In this document: positions 25,795-38,711 of the stretch, in pieces | Position numbering within the stretch: position 1 is the first letter of the stretch | Layout: the number at the start of each line of letters is the position of its first letter | Source of the DNA: Octopus bimaculoides | Lineage: Eukaryota | Direction of reading: 5' to 3' | Length of the DNA stretch: 58,004 nucleotides | Assembly: GCF_001194135.2 (NCBI RefSeq) | Contig: NC_068993.1 | Coordinates: 11,480,497-11,538,500, forward strand | The notes under the pieces: model-generated | What the model saw: only the letters and a program-made list of their open reading frames with translations | The model's database searches: none | Told to the model about the DNA's origin: nothing | Made by a program: the position numbers and the translations under genes

Positions 25795-25972
25795 CGTAAT
25801 TATCCACAAGTTTTCGGCAGTCTTTGCTTTTCATCCTTTCGGGGTCGATAAAATATGTACCAGTTACGCACTGGGTCGATGTAATCGACTTATCCCCTCC
25901 TCCAATACCTGAAATGTACTATAGGCACATTTCAGGTATTGTGCCTATAGTAGAAAGGATTATTATTATTTT
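25795..25972 (+). mobile_element. tRNA-derived SINE 3' half with internal inverted rearrangement
   Basis: tttgcttttcatcctttcggggtcgataaaatatgtaccagtt..ctgggtcgatgtaatcgacttatcccctcc...gtgcctatagtagaaaggattattatt. Confidence 0.85.
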
Positions 25973-28187
25973 CTTCATAAAAATGGATTAGCGGGCTCGT
26001 TGGGACTGGGGTCCTGGGTTTGATTTAATTGGCTACACTTTTTCTCATAAAGTGACAGACTTTGGGCAAAAAATTGCATCCATTATTGTCGTTAGGATAA
26101 TCTGAATGAAATACGGTTAAGAACTGGCAGAATCGTTAAATCATTGAACAAGCAAGTGTTGGGTATTTGCTACAACTGTTATCTCTTGATGTTCTATAGA
26201 GGTAAGTGTTTGTAGTGGATTCTTCCATTGTCGAGCGAAGAAAGTAACAGCCAAGTCCATGAGTTCATTTCACTTATCCATTCTTTAAGGGGTCAATATG
26301 TTTTTCAAATAATATTATTCTTTTAAAATATACCACCTTTAAATTGTTGCAACGATGGTAACATTCAACTCTCTCTCTCACAAATTCCTCTGATGGTCTA
26401 GTTGAAACTATTGCCGCCAATGCACCAACAAAAACGGTATAGCATTTCTTTACATCCCCGGTTCAAGATTCACCCAGATAAATTTCGCTTTATTTTCTAT
26501 TTCAGTCAATAGAATAAGCACCAGCTAAATCGTGCAGTCAATACAACCGGCTTTACAAATTCAACAAATCCGGAGCCTTGAGTGAACTTAACAAGTAACG
26601 CCAATATGTAACTGTCTATATACTGCATGAATTAAAATTAATAGAAATGTATGGGTGTATTTGGTGTAAACAAAACATGCATACCGTATTTTCAGCCTGG
26701 CTGATCTCAGCTTAAGTCCCATTGCAGTTGCGGGCCAAAAGTATATTTAATCGTATACGGAGCTCATGGAATAGACACCGGTGGTACAATAAGACACATA
26801 GAATCAAGTGCACCCACTATCCTCATAAAATTGGCATTAATACTAGCCAAATGAAACTGTTATTAGTCATGGACATTTCGTCAGTTAAATTTGCTTTTTA
26901 CACGTTTGCAAATGCCTAATCAGAAAGTATACATGCGCAATACGCAATTCTCTACTGAATATACTTATAATTGTCTTTTGTTGCCCGGCTTTTAAATAGA
27001 TATTTTATACATTTCTTTCAATTCTCTGATGGGGTTATCAAAGTTGTATGGATCTTAGTCAGGATCCAAACAATGAGGTGTGAGTAGTTTATTTATTCGT
27101 GCAGCGTGTTTATATCAATATGAATTTTCCCCGCATTTATATTTACGAGTGTGTACACACATATACACACACATGTATATCTGTACATGCACACACACAC
27201 ACACACACACATACACACACACACACATATATATACAGATATACAAATAGATAGATAGACGTATATATAAATATATATATATGTATATATGTATGTATAT
27301 ATGTGTATATATGTATACATCTGTCCAGGCATGTATAATAGTACAAATATAGAAATGCATATATTGTTGTGAAAAGAAACGTATCGATATATCGTATGAT
27401 ATTTTATAACCATAGTATCTCCCGAGTATCCTAGCAGAATCATTTCAATTGCTGATCCAAATATATAAGTCCCACTTCATGTATTCGCTTTCTTTATCCT
27501 TCAATCCCAATAGTCTCATGTATTTTATGGAAAATGATCATATTAGTCTATTTTATGAGAATTTTACACGAACGTTCATTTTCAATTTTCAATGTCAGTT
27601 CAATTTTGTTATTGGCAATAGAAAAATAGCATCCCCATGTTATTGTAATGAGAAGCCACGGTTGTGCTTGTGCATATGTGTGTGTGTACATACGTGTCAA
27701 TAGAAAACATACATATGTATATTTATATACATATATACAAACATATATATATGCATGTATATATNNNNNNNNNNNNNNNNNNNNNNNNNNNNNNNNNNNN
27801 NNNNNNNNNNNNNNNNNNNNNNNNNNNNNNNNNNNNNNNNNNNNNNNNNNNNNNNNNNNNNNNNNNNNNNNNNNNNNNNNNNNNNNNNNNNNNNNNNNNN
27901 NNNNNNNNNNNNNNNNNNNNNNNNNNNNNNNNNNNNNNNNNNNNNNNNNNNNNNNNNNNNNNNNNNNNNNNNNNNNNNNNNNNNNNNNNNNNNNNNNNNN
28001 NNNNNNNNNNNNNNNNNNNNNNNNNNNNNNNNNNNNNNNNNNNNNNNNNNNNNNNNNNNNNNNNNNNNNNNNNNNNNNNNNNNNNNNNNNNNNNNNNNNN
28101 NNNNNNNNNNNNNNNNNNNNNNNNNNNNNNNNNNNNNNNNNNNNNNNNNNNNNNNNNNNNNNNNNNNNNNNNNNNNNNNNNNNNNNN

Positions 28188-28252
<65 letters not shown>

Positions 28253-29317
28253 ATGTGTGTGTGTGTGCGTGTGTGTGTATGTACATTAGATATATATTCA
28301 TTATTTTCATTAGATATCATCCTACCCAGCTCTCAGATGCAGACACATTCACAAACACACGCACATACACATATATACATTCATATGCGTCTATATGCCT
28401 GGGTATTTGTCTGTACGTTTGCATATAGCTGAATATAAAAAACAAAACCGATAGCTGCATATCTATATATGTTTCATTGTTATGGAGGTTTTATATTTTA
28501 TTCTCTGAAACACAATAAACGTGTGTTGCCGATTTCAAGGAACAAATATAACACAATAGAAATATGACTTCAGTTTTACTATTAACCTGTCTCTCATTAT
28601 TTATATCCTCAAACTACCCGTTAACTTACGAGCCAACCGGGGAGTTACTCTGCTCTTGGATCGAGATACAGAGATTAGCAACTATATCTCTATTGAATAC
28701 CCTGCTAACTTATAAAATGGAAGGCACCTTCTATATACAGATCTAGTTAAGTACAAAGGCGAAAATTGAATCCGGATTCTCTGAATTGAATAACACACTT
28801 TTAATTTGCAATATGTTTTTTTTTCCAGTTGCATATAGCGGCGGCACATTATGACAAGTTTCTCTTCCTTTTGTGGAGTTCATCAGTAGCGTATGTCATC
28901 TTTCTTGCATTCTAATTTGCTTGCGTATTAAAGAACGTATTAAACCACAAATCGCTTCGTTTTCTGAATCGTACACTTGTTGATGTTGATAAATATACAT
29001 AGCAGAGACTCCATCTAAGAATATCTCAAGAAGGAATTGTATTCCGAAATATCATTGGACTATAGATAACTAAGTTATATGAATATACTTTGATTATTAA
29101 CTGTATAATTTACATTCAGATATCAAAGATAGAGCAGGTTTTTTAGACGATCAGTTTTAATGTATTTCTCCCAATCTTTGCGCTCGGAATTCAAAATTAC
29201 ACATGGGTCAGCATTTATATTTTCCTCTTCGGAGTCAATAAATAAATTCATCTTACACGTCTTTATTTTTTCTTCATTATCTTCTCTCAGTGTTTTCTTC
29301 CAAAAGAAGGACAAAAA

Positions 29318-29454
29318 TCAGTGATATCTGTCACGGAAAGTGATGGAATATTCCGGGTTTAATACGGCCAGGACAACAAGCAGCAATATAAAAACGGCTT
29401 TATCTATAATGAATAAGAAAGCTGTTGCTGCTGCTGTTGCTGCTGATAGAGAAC
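29318..29454 (-). CDS. Candidate terminal exon encoding a small-residue linker plus hydrophobic tail (GPI-signal- or TM-like)
   Basis: ggtttgcAG|GT TCT CTA TCA GCA GCA ACA...CAC TGA reads SLSAATAAATAFLFIIDKAVFILLLVVLAVLNPEYSITFRDRYH*. Phase matches the 33726 donor. AATAAA motifs occur downstream on the minus strand. Confidence 0.4.
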
Positions 29455-29618
29455 CTGCAAACCACAGTAACTCTTAAATAAGACTGATTCGAACAGAAAA
29501 CATGTCGAATATGTTTATAGTTTGACTAAAAACGGTAACAGATACATGGAGAAAATATGTGGCATTTGTTACTATTAGATCGACTAAACAAATAGGTAAC
29601 TATATAGCTATCTAGCGA

Positions 29619-29711
<93 letters not shown>

Positions 29712-30329
29712 ATATATATATATATATATATATNNNNNNNNNNNNNNNNNNNNNNNNNNNNNNNNNNNNNNNNNNNNNNNNNNNNNNNNNNNNNNNNNNN
29801 NNNNNNNNNNNNNNNNNNNNNNNNNNNNNNNNNNNNNNNNNNNNNNNNNNNNNNNNNNNNNNNNNNNNNNNNNNNNNNNNNNNNNNNNNNNNNNNNNNNN
29901 NNNNNNNNNNNNNNNNNNNNNNNNNNNNNNNNNNNNNNNNNNNNNNNNNNNNNNNNNNNNNNNNNNNNNNNNNNNNNNNNNNNNNNNNNNNNNNNNNNNN
30001 NNNNNNNNNNNNNNNNNNNNNNNNNNNNNNNNNNNNNNNNNNNNNNNNNNNNNNNNNNNNNNNNNNNNNNNNNNNNNNNNNNNNNNNNNNNNNNNNNNNN
30101 NNNNNNNNNNNNNNNNNNNNNNNNNNNNNNNNNNNNNNNNNNNNNNNNNNNNNNNNNNNNNNNNNTATATATATATATATATATTACTTAAAATTGAACG
30201 CATTAAACTCTAAGAAAGCTCCACATGCTGCTTATGCACTTGAAACTGTTGCATACGTATGACTTTCAGGTTTTAGTACAGTTGCAAGAGTACAGTTACA
30301 ATTACTGCACCAAAATCGAACAATGTTTT

Positions 30330-30625
30330 CATCCAGTGGCACCGCCGACCAGAACCACCATACCCCCCACCACTACAACCACCAATAACAACAACAACAC
30401 CATCTCCACCACCACTGCCTCGAGTTAGAGAAGCATCAGTATTGTTTTTTATCATATCGATAACCACCATGATCCAACATCATCATCATTGTCATTATAA
30501 TCATCACTGCCTTTATCGACTTCTAACTAACCTTATCACCATTTGTAATCTATATATATTCATTATTAGGAAATAAACGAAATGACAGCATCAACAACAA
30601 GAACAACAACAACATCAACAACAAT
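30330..30625. repeat. Low-complexity (CAC/CAA/CAT)n region
   Basis: Direct reading. Confidence 0.8.
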
Positions 30626-31140
30626 ATCAGATTGCTCGGGGCTTAGTATACATTCTATTTTCGTTGAGTTTTTTTTTCCATTCTTAGCATCCTGCTATTA
30701 TGCTACCTGCTGTTAGGTCACCTGAGTTTAGAGAACTACATATGGTAGTGTTTGTGTCACATAATATAGAAGATAAGCATAATATTATTGTGTATATTTG
30801 ATAATACACATCAGAATACACATAAATACCCATGATATTCACTCGGGCTATTATTTATTAACATACACAAACAAATGAAATAGAAAAAAAGAAGGAACAA
30901 ATACTTCAAATAAAAATATCAGAACAAAATATGTTTTCTCTTTGCTGGCAGCTATTCCATTCTAATCATTTCTTGTATATCTCTTTTCATTCTAATATTA
31001 CATTTTCTCTGCCTTCTTTCTCTCCAGTCTATTTCGTCTTTTATTTTAAAATTATTTCCTCTGTAGACTACTTGCTTAATTATATTTGTCCCTTAGCTGA
31101 AACTATACATTGCTATATATACAAACACACATACTCACGC

Positions 31141-31202
<62 letters not shown>

Positions 31203-31203
31203 A

Positions 31204-31260
<57 letters not shown>

Positions 31261-31277
31261 GTGTACATAAAGAAGTA

Positions 31278-31312
<35 letters not shown>

Positions 31313-32769
31313 NNNNNNNNNNNNNNNNNNNNNNNNNNNNNNNNNNNNNNNNNNNNNNNNNNNNNNNNNNNNNNNNNNNNNNNNNNNNNNNNNNNNNNNN
31401 NNNNNNNNNNNNNNNNNNNNNNNNNNNNNNNNNNNNNNNNNNNNNNNNNNNNNNNNNNNNNNNNNTATTATATTATATGAGGGCTTTAGTTCATGGAGAG
31501 ATAAATGAATAGGTATGCTGTGTAAGTGTTATCGTTGGTCATCCGTTAGATTCTAAGTTCACACCTGAGGCTGGAGCTACGGATCCGTAGTAAGTTTCCG
31601 ACTTAGCAGGGTATATATTAGAAGAAAATGGACAAAAATAGAACAAAAAACCCAGGCAGGACGAGTATCTCAAGTTACGTAGAATATTTAATTAGAGTAA
31701 GTTGAATTTGAAGTAATTAATTAATTAGTTGAGTAATTAATGAATTACTGAAGTACACTACAGACTATTGATGCTGTATATGCGAATTGCAGAAACGGCA
31801 AAACAAAGATGGACTTCCAATGTGTTTTTAGAGAATATTTTCTAAAAGTTATTTGTGAGATACGTGGATATTTTGGCGAATAATCTCCACGTCAGCCACT
31901 GTTGAACTAAAGACTATTGTTTGTATCCCAAGAAATTACAGAGCATTACTTCTGATCAAATTAGTTTGTATACAAATGGAATTAGAAATGAACAAAGGCA
32001 TGAAATATGCACCTTATACATAAAGGTTAAACAATTAGTTGAAGAAACCTGATAAATATCTACCTACGAGTATTTTGCCGGTGTAAAGCCAAAATTCTGA
32101 ACGTTTAATTGGATGTCAGGTGCTACATAGTAGATCAAGGTCTCTAAAACGGTGCACTGTTGTGAAAGGCAGAACATCTTTATCTAAATAATATTTTATT
32201 CATAATAGTTTAAATCATTATTTCCTATAGAGTTTTAAAGATCTCATCAGTTTCGCATTTCAAAGCAGGAGAAATTCCATGAGTGTTGGAGCTCATCAAT
32301 GTATCAAGCAAATATATTGTATACTGGATATCACATTTTACATGCAATATATGAATATGTCATCTGATACTTCACAAATATGGTTCGGTTAACACGGTGG
32401 AAAATAATGTATATACATCGTCATACAAATTATTTAAATATCCGGATCAACGCACATGAAGTGATATAATATAGTTCTGAAATTCGGAAATAATGATTTA
32501 ATCACTTAAGGCATTGCTCTTTTGAGACCAAGGTCAAAGCGTTAGAAAAAGCATGCTATAATGACCGTAACTTCATTCTGATTATAAAAGTAGGAATCTC
32601 TGGAAAGGGTTGCGTACTAATGGGTGTGAGAACACTATTCCTTGTGACTAAATATAAAAACCTAAAGCAGAAATTGAGATATTGCATTAAAAATAAATTC
32701 GACATATAATATGTAAGAAAAAATTGCAGTTCTCTGTTTTAGTTAACACGAATACAGATTTTCCTTCTC

Positions 32770-33200
32770 AACAAACAAAACAAAAGACGAAGACGGGTGT
32801 GTAAACAACAAACAAATGTAATAGTTTAACGATCGGGAAGTGAGAAAGTATTTTATGTTTCGAGCCTATGCTCTTCAATAGAAAGGAACACAGAAATAAA
32901 CAGAGAACGAAAATATAAAAAAAGGTTTAGTGTCTAGTGAGCGATGGACAAGCCAGCCGAACAATCTGCACGAATGATTTGTTTATTTCGATCAAATACC
33001 TGTGCTGTATATAAGCTGACTCCTTCTATCAAACCGATGTTGCGTGAACAAATGTAAGGTGTAGCGCGCGTTAGGTGTCGAAGTGATCGAAGAGTAACGT
33101 GAAATGGAGTGTTAAGCTCAAGACTACAGCGTACCATCCAGTCTAGTATTGAAATCATGGTCTTGCAATCTTGACGGCCAACAACCTAAACACTAAGCCA
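32770..33200 (-). mobile_element. Penelope-like element 3' end (degenerate GIY-YIG C-terminus plus hammerhead-like tail)
   Basis: Minus ORF ...LNTPFHVTLRSLRHLT...IGLIEGVSLYTAQVFDRNKQII...AGLS resembles the PLE endonuclease C-terminus. It is followed by ctttCTATTGA-A-GAGC-atag-GCTC-GAAAC-ATA-aaat (32881-32851). Confidence 0.55.
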
Positions 33201-33465
33201 TGCAATCTTNNNNNNNNNNNNNNNNNNNNNNNNNNNNNNNNNNNNNNNNNNNNNNNNNNNNNNNNNNNNNNNNNNNNNNNNNNNNNNNNNNNNNNNNNNN
33301 NNNNNNNNNNNNNNNNNNNNNNNNNNNNNNNNNNNNNNNNNNNNNNNNNNNNNNNNNNNNNNNNNNNNNNNNNNNNNNNNNNNNNNNNNNNNNNNNNNNN
33401 NNNNNNNNNNNNNNNNNNNNNNNNNNNNNNNNNNNNNNNNNNNNNNNNNNNNNNNNNNNNNNNNN

Positions 33466-33499
<34 letters not shown>

Positions 33500-33725
33500 C
33501 ATATATATATGCATGTATATATACATACATACACATACATATATATAAGCACTATACATACATATATATATGTGTGTGTATATTATACGCATATACATAT
33601 ACATATATTATATATGAACATGATATCAGACAAAGAAATGAAATTATCCTCAATGTACATGATCAACCAACAAAGAATAGCATACATTACCCAACTCGCA
33701 TTATATATCGATGAAGTAAACTTAC

Positions 33726-33764
33726 CCTTCATCTTTTCGGAGATTGTAAAAGTGAGCTTATACT
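33726..33764 (-). CDS. Candidate 39-nt exon
   Basis: tttgtcttcttacctctgcAG|AG TAT AAG CTC ACT TTT ACA ATC TCC GAA AAG ATG AAG G|GTAAGT. Strong acceptor and consensus donor, phase 1-1, reading xYKLTFTISEKMK(G). A second strong acceptor lies at 33814. Confidence 0.5.
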
Positions 33765-34330
33765 CTGCAGAGGTAAGAAGACAAATTCACCAATTGATAT
33801 TAAGGGCTATATCCCTGTTAAATAGACAAAAGACAGGATAGGAAATGAACCAACGATTTATCAATTGGTTTTCTGGCACGTCTACTACAAAATGATCAAT
33901 CTATATGATTTCGTCTAATTTTGAAACGACTGAAATTTCCATGGACGAATACGCTATTACCAGACCGATAAATGAAATTCTACCATCAGTAAAACAACGC
34001 AAAAAAATATGCGTAAAACAGCGGCGGAAAAGAAATCCTCGGCAGAAATAAACACTGTAGTCATTCACCAGACGTTTGCTAGATTAAAAAGTGGTGTATT
34101 TGTTGAAATAGGCACGGCAATAGTGTCAATGTTGTTATAATGCACTGCAGCTTCAAACTTGATGGATCACATACCGAGAAAGTAAATTTCACGACGCGTA
34201 ACGAACAAATAAAAAAGATATATATTATCAGTTATTTTTGTTTTCATAGACATGGATCGTAATATAATATGGTGACATGAAAAAATAATATTTAATAAAA
34301 AAATTCACAAAAACACTCTAATTGGAATAT

Positions 34331-34370
<40 letters not shown>

Positions 34371-35664
34371 CATGCATATTGTTATTTTATGTGCAATCTT
34401 GAATAATAAATGCAATTGCTTCGTAATTTTCACGCAAAAATGTTGGATATACACACACGTACACCTGTTTAATTAAGGTTAATGTTTTTGAGGTCTTTTG
34501 AGTATAAAAATGAATGTGTACTCGTGTTCAAATCTAAATGCACTATCATATTTAAAATATAATGTAACACATACATACATGCATAGATTCATACGTACAT
34601 GTATGTATGTAAGAATGTATGCATGCATGCATGTACGTAGAAACTTAGTACTTTAGAGCTATAGGGAACATTCACTGATCGTTCGGCGCATTATTTTAAA
34701 TGACACAATATTGTATAAATAATACACAATTCAGTGTTAGTAAGAAAGTAAATGAGCCCGATGTCTAAATCCCCCTCTCTTTCTTTTTGTCTCTCTTTCT
34801 CTATTTTTCTATCTGCTATATTGCAATACTACACAGTGGCTGTGTGAGCTACGAAATCCTCGTCACCACTGTCATACCGCATGTTCCGATGACCTCTACT
34901 TAACTACCCCGACGTCTAGACTTCTCCCTATATATCTACGTAGACGTCTCCCTATATATCTAGATATTGGGCTAGCCTACTTCATCGTCTGTATCGCGCT
35001 GCCCTTCTTAGCGTAACACAAAATATATACATACATACACAAACGCACCCACTCACACACACATACATATATGCATAATTGGTGCACATGATTATGTAAG
35101 TAAATGCGTAATTATCAGTCTGGGCTAGACTGGATTTTCAGAAAAAGAAATCAATCGGTTCGCACATCATAAAAACAAACTGTAAGCGGAACAGTAAAAA
35201 TGTGCAAGATTGTTCTCAGGTTTAAATTGTAATGTCGTCTGTGTTATCTATATTCCAATGATATAGCTTTGTATATTTGCTAGAAATTAGCTCCCTATTC
35301 TGAGAAGGAATTGAAATGACTAAAAACGAAAGAGACGTCCATACATACATACATATATATATACATACATACATACATACATACATTAATACACAAGCAT
35401 ACACACGCAGATATGTATTGTATATATATATATATATACATACATATATATATGAGTATATATATGGATATATATAAATGGATATACGTATATATATACA
35501 TATATATATACAAATATATATATTCATATATATACAAATATATATCTTCATATCTTCATATAAATAAATATATAAATACACATGTATGTTTGAATATATA
35601 TATATAAACATATGTATGTGCATGAGTATATATATATATATGTGTGTGTGCATATATATATAAT

Positions 35665-35700
<36 letters not shown>

Positions 35701-35821
35701 NNNNNNNNNNNNNNNNNNNNNNNNNNNNNNNNNNNNNNNNNNNNNNNNNNNNNNNNNNNNNNNNNNNNNNNNNNNNNNNNNNNNNNNNNNNNNNNNNNNN
35801 NNNNNNNNNNNNNNNNNNNNN

Positions 35822-35856
<35 letters not shown>

Positions 35857-36132
35857 TTATAATCGCGTGTGTGTGAACGAACATTACGTCGAAAGAACTG
35901 TTTGTAAAACAGATAGCTTGATCAATATCAGATATTTGTGTGGTACGCAAAGTCTCTAAATCTCTCGGTAATTTCCCAGTGCATCATATTACATATATCT
36001 GCGAATTATACATTAGTTCTAGATGGTCCTGTTAACGGAGGCAATGTAGTGCAAAACTGTTACTTCAAAAACACAACGAAACACATTAGTAACAGTCTGA
36101 AGCAGCAGTTTGCAATATATAATGGCAAATAC

Positions 36133-36195
36133 CCATTTTGTTTTACTAAATATTACTGCTGTATTTTTCTGATATTTATCTTGTTCTGGAGAGTG
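36133..36195 (-). CDS. Candidate exon (63 nt, or a terminal exon reading through to TAG at 36019)
   Basis: ttctctgtgttttctctttttAG|CAC TCT CCA...AAA TGG|GTattt reads HSPEQDKYQKNTAVIFSKTKW. It is in phase with the 36731 donor, and only this frame is open. Confidence 0.5.
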
Positions 36196-36409
36196 CTAAA
36201 AAGAGAAAACACAGAGAAGGGCAGTTGAAAATAAAATAATAAATATCTACATATGCACAAGGTCAAATATATGTCAGTCCGGAGAGAAGAAATAACTATT
36301 GCAAGTTATTTTGTTTAATAGTCTAAAATTCTGATTATCTAGCATCTTTAAGCAGAAGTAAAATTATAACGTTGATGATGTTCATGATAACAGCAACAGT
36401 AATAATAAA

Positions 36410-36610
36410 AGTAATCCTCTCTATTATAGGCACAAGGTCTGAAATTTTGGGGAAGGGGACTAGTCAATTATATTGACGCCAGTGTTTCACTGGTACTTAA
36501 CATATCGACACCGAAAGGATGAAATGCATAGCCGACCTCTGCGGAATTTCCACTCAGAATAGAACTATGGACGAAATACAGTTAATCTCTTAATGTACGA
36601 CCGCTCGCCC
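36410..36610 (-). mobile_element. tRNA-derived SINE
   Basis: aatcctctctattataggcacaaggtctgaaattttgggg...ggtactt...atcgacaccgaaaggatgaaa...gcggaatttccactcagaat. Confidence 0.85.
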
Positions 36611-36730
36611 CTGCTTTTCAATCTATAAGCGCATACTTTCAGTAGGGCCATTCACTCTAACCATTTTTGCCACTGTCACCCATGTTTTCACAAAGTTAAC
36701 CGAATGTAGCACTTCTCTCTACACCCTCAC

Positions 36731-36905
36731 CTTTCTTTCCAAGTGAGACTTAATAAAGTTGAAAGTAGTTGGACCGATGAGGAAGGTGTCATTTGTCAGT
36801 TCTTTTAGTCTCGTACGGCACACTTCTTTTGCCATAGGCACTGGAAAGAGGAACACCACCTGTCCTGCCTTGTTACTGGTGGGATGACCCTCACGTTGGA
36901 TTAAG
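36731..36905 (-). CDS. Best-supported coding exon in the window (unidentified protein)
   Basis: gacctatacgattgtcAG|C TTA ATC...AGA AAG|GTGAGG. 175 nt fully open, GC-richer than the flanks, reading LIQREGHPTSNKAGQVVFLFPVPMAKEVCRTRLKELTNDTFLIGPTTFNFIKSHLERK. Confidence 0.65.
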
Positions 36906-36964
36906 CTGACAATCGTATAGGTCACACACACAGATAACAGGTGTCCGACACACTGTGGAGATAA

Positions 36965-37080
36965 TAATCCTTTCTACTACAAGCACAAGGCCTGGAATTT
37001 CGGAGAGGAGACTAGTCGATTACATCGGCCCCAACGTTTGACTGGTACTAGATTTATGGTCTCGAAATGATGAAAGGAAC
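36965..37080 (-). mobile_element. SINE 3' fragment
   Basis: aatcctttctactacaagcacaaggcctggaatttcggagaggagactagtcgattacatcggcccc...ggtactagatttat. Confidence 0.8.
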
Positions 37081-38117
37081 GAGGGTAATGGCAAGGTTTT
37101 TAACAAAAATAAATATTCTGATCAGCATGAAGTGAAATATTTATTAAACAAAGGGGCAAAGCGGTGTCGTGATATTTATAAATTTCCTCATTATTACCGA
37201 GAATAATTTAATGGAAAAAGGTACCAAATGTGAAATGAAACCGTCTTGCAGAATTGATTCGGTGTAAATCATTTTATTTCATTAGAACGATCTCGAAAAT
37301 ACACCAAGGACATTTAAAATAATTAAAGTAATAAACATCCAGCCAAGAAAAAGGCAAATAGCTTCGATATTGTAAATCCTACCAACAACGAATGGCCATA
37401 TTTATCAAATATTTAAAAAGAAACCTCAAAACTATGAGGTTGCTAGGCAGAAACAGTAAATATTTTAATTTAGACGTTTAAGGATATAAATTGATTGTTT
37501 GACTAGTGTTTGGTGGGGATGGCCATCGCGGTACGTAAATATTTACATAGATTTCATTATTCTTTTTGAGACAAAATATTCTAACAGTAACTAGAATCAC
37601 ACACAGCAATATNNNNNNNNNNNNNNNNNNNNNNNNNNNNNNNNNNNNNNNNNNNNNNNNNNNNNNNNNNNNNNNNNNNNNNNNNNNNNNNNNNNNNNNN
37701 NNNNNNNNNNNNNNNNNNNNNNNNNNNNNNNNNNNNNNNNNNNNNNNNNNNNNNNNNNNNNNNNNNNNNNNNNNNNNNNNNNNNNNNNNNNNNNNNNNNN
37801 NNNNNNNNNNNNNNNNNNNNNNNNNNNNNNNNNNNNNNNNNNNNNNNNNNNNNNNNNNNNNNNNNNNNNNNNNNNNNNNNNNNNNNNNNNNNNNNNNNNN
37901 NNNNNNNNNNNNNNNNNNNNNNNNNNNNNNNNNNNNNNNNNNNNNNNNNNNNNNNNNNNNNNNNNNNNNNNNNNNNNNNNNNNNNNNNNNNNNNNNNNNN
38001 NNNNNNNNATATATATATATATACATATTTATGTGTGTATGTATGGATATAATTGCGGTATATGTATCCAAAGGCACACACGCATATACAGATGTATGCA
38101 TTTATATATTGGTGCAG

Positions 38118-38225
38118 GCAGCGCTTGTGTTTAGGTTCTTGAATTGCAACCAGGTGGCTTTAGGTTCATTCTCACTATATGTTGGGAAAGTGACGTCTGC
38201 TAAAACCTCTGCCTACCAAATGATT
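38118..38225 (+). CDS. Exon-like segment, strand ambiguous (plus-strand reading given)
   Basis: Plus: atattggtgcAG|GCA GCG...ATG ATT|GTGAGT, 108 nt, AALVFRFLNCNQVALGSFSLYVGKVTSAKTSAYQMI. The minus strand is also open over the same bases (AEVLADVTFPTYSENEPKATWLQFKNLNTSAACTNI*). Confidence 0.3.
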
Positions 38226-38668
38226 GTGAGTTCAATAGACACACGAAACCTGCGAAGGAGATCGATAAATACGCATAACATCTAGATACTCATCGATTGC
38301 CATACGATTTAGTATACGCCATTGAATAGATGGATGCCTTTGACAACAACTAGCTTTGAATGGGTCATCTCCCTTGTAAAAGATAGCGGTTCAGTAAATT
38401 TGAACATGCAAACATTTTCGAGTGATTAACACGCCTAAACGGATGAGAAACTATTTATCTAGAGTTTGAAGTGTAGTAACTACCACTGCCTGATCAATCT
38501 CACGTAAGTTTTATGTGGGTAGAACCTCGATTCAAATGTAGTGCGTCATGAACTGCGCTTCGATAAATGGAAAATATTCTCCTTGTTCGCACGGCAGTTG
38601 ATTTTCGCTTTTAATCATAATGGCATGTATTTAAATATGTATGTTTGTAAGTATGCGTGTCAGTATGC

Positions 38669-38711
<43 letters not shown>

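Noticed and set aside
29123-29314. 63-aa charged ORF (IDSEEENINADPC...) and a nearby AUGA hairpin considered as a SECIS
   Set aside because: It starts at TTG right after a stop and probably lies in 3' UTR. The hairpin lacks the apical AA at SECIS spacing.
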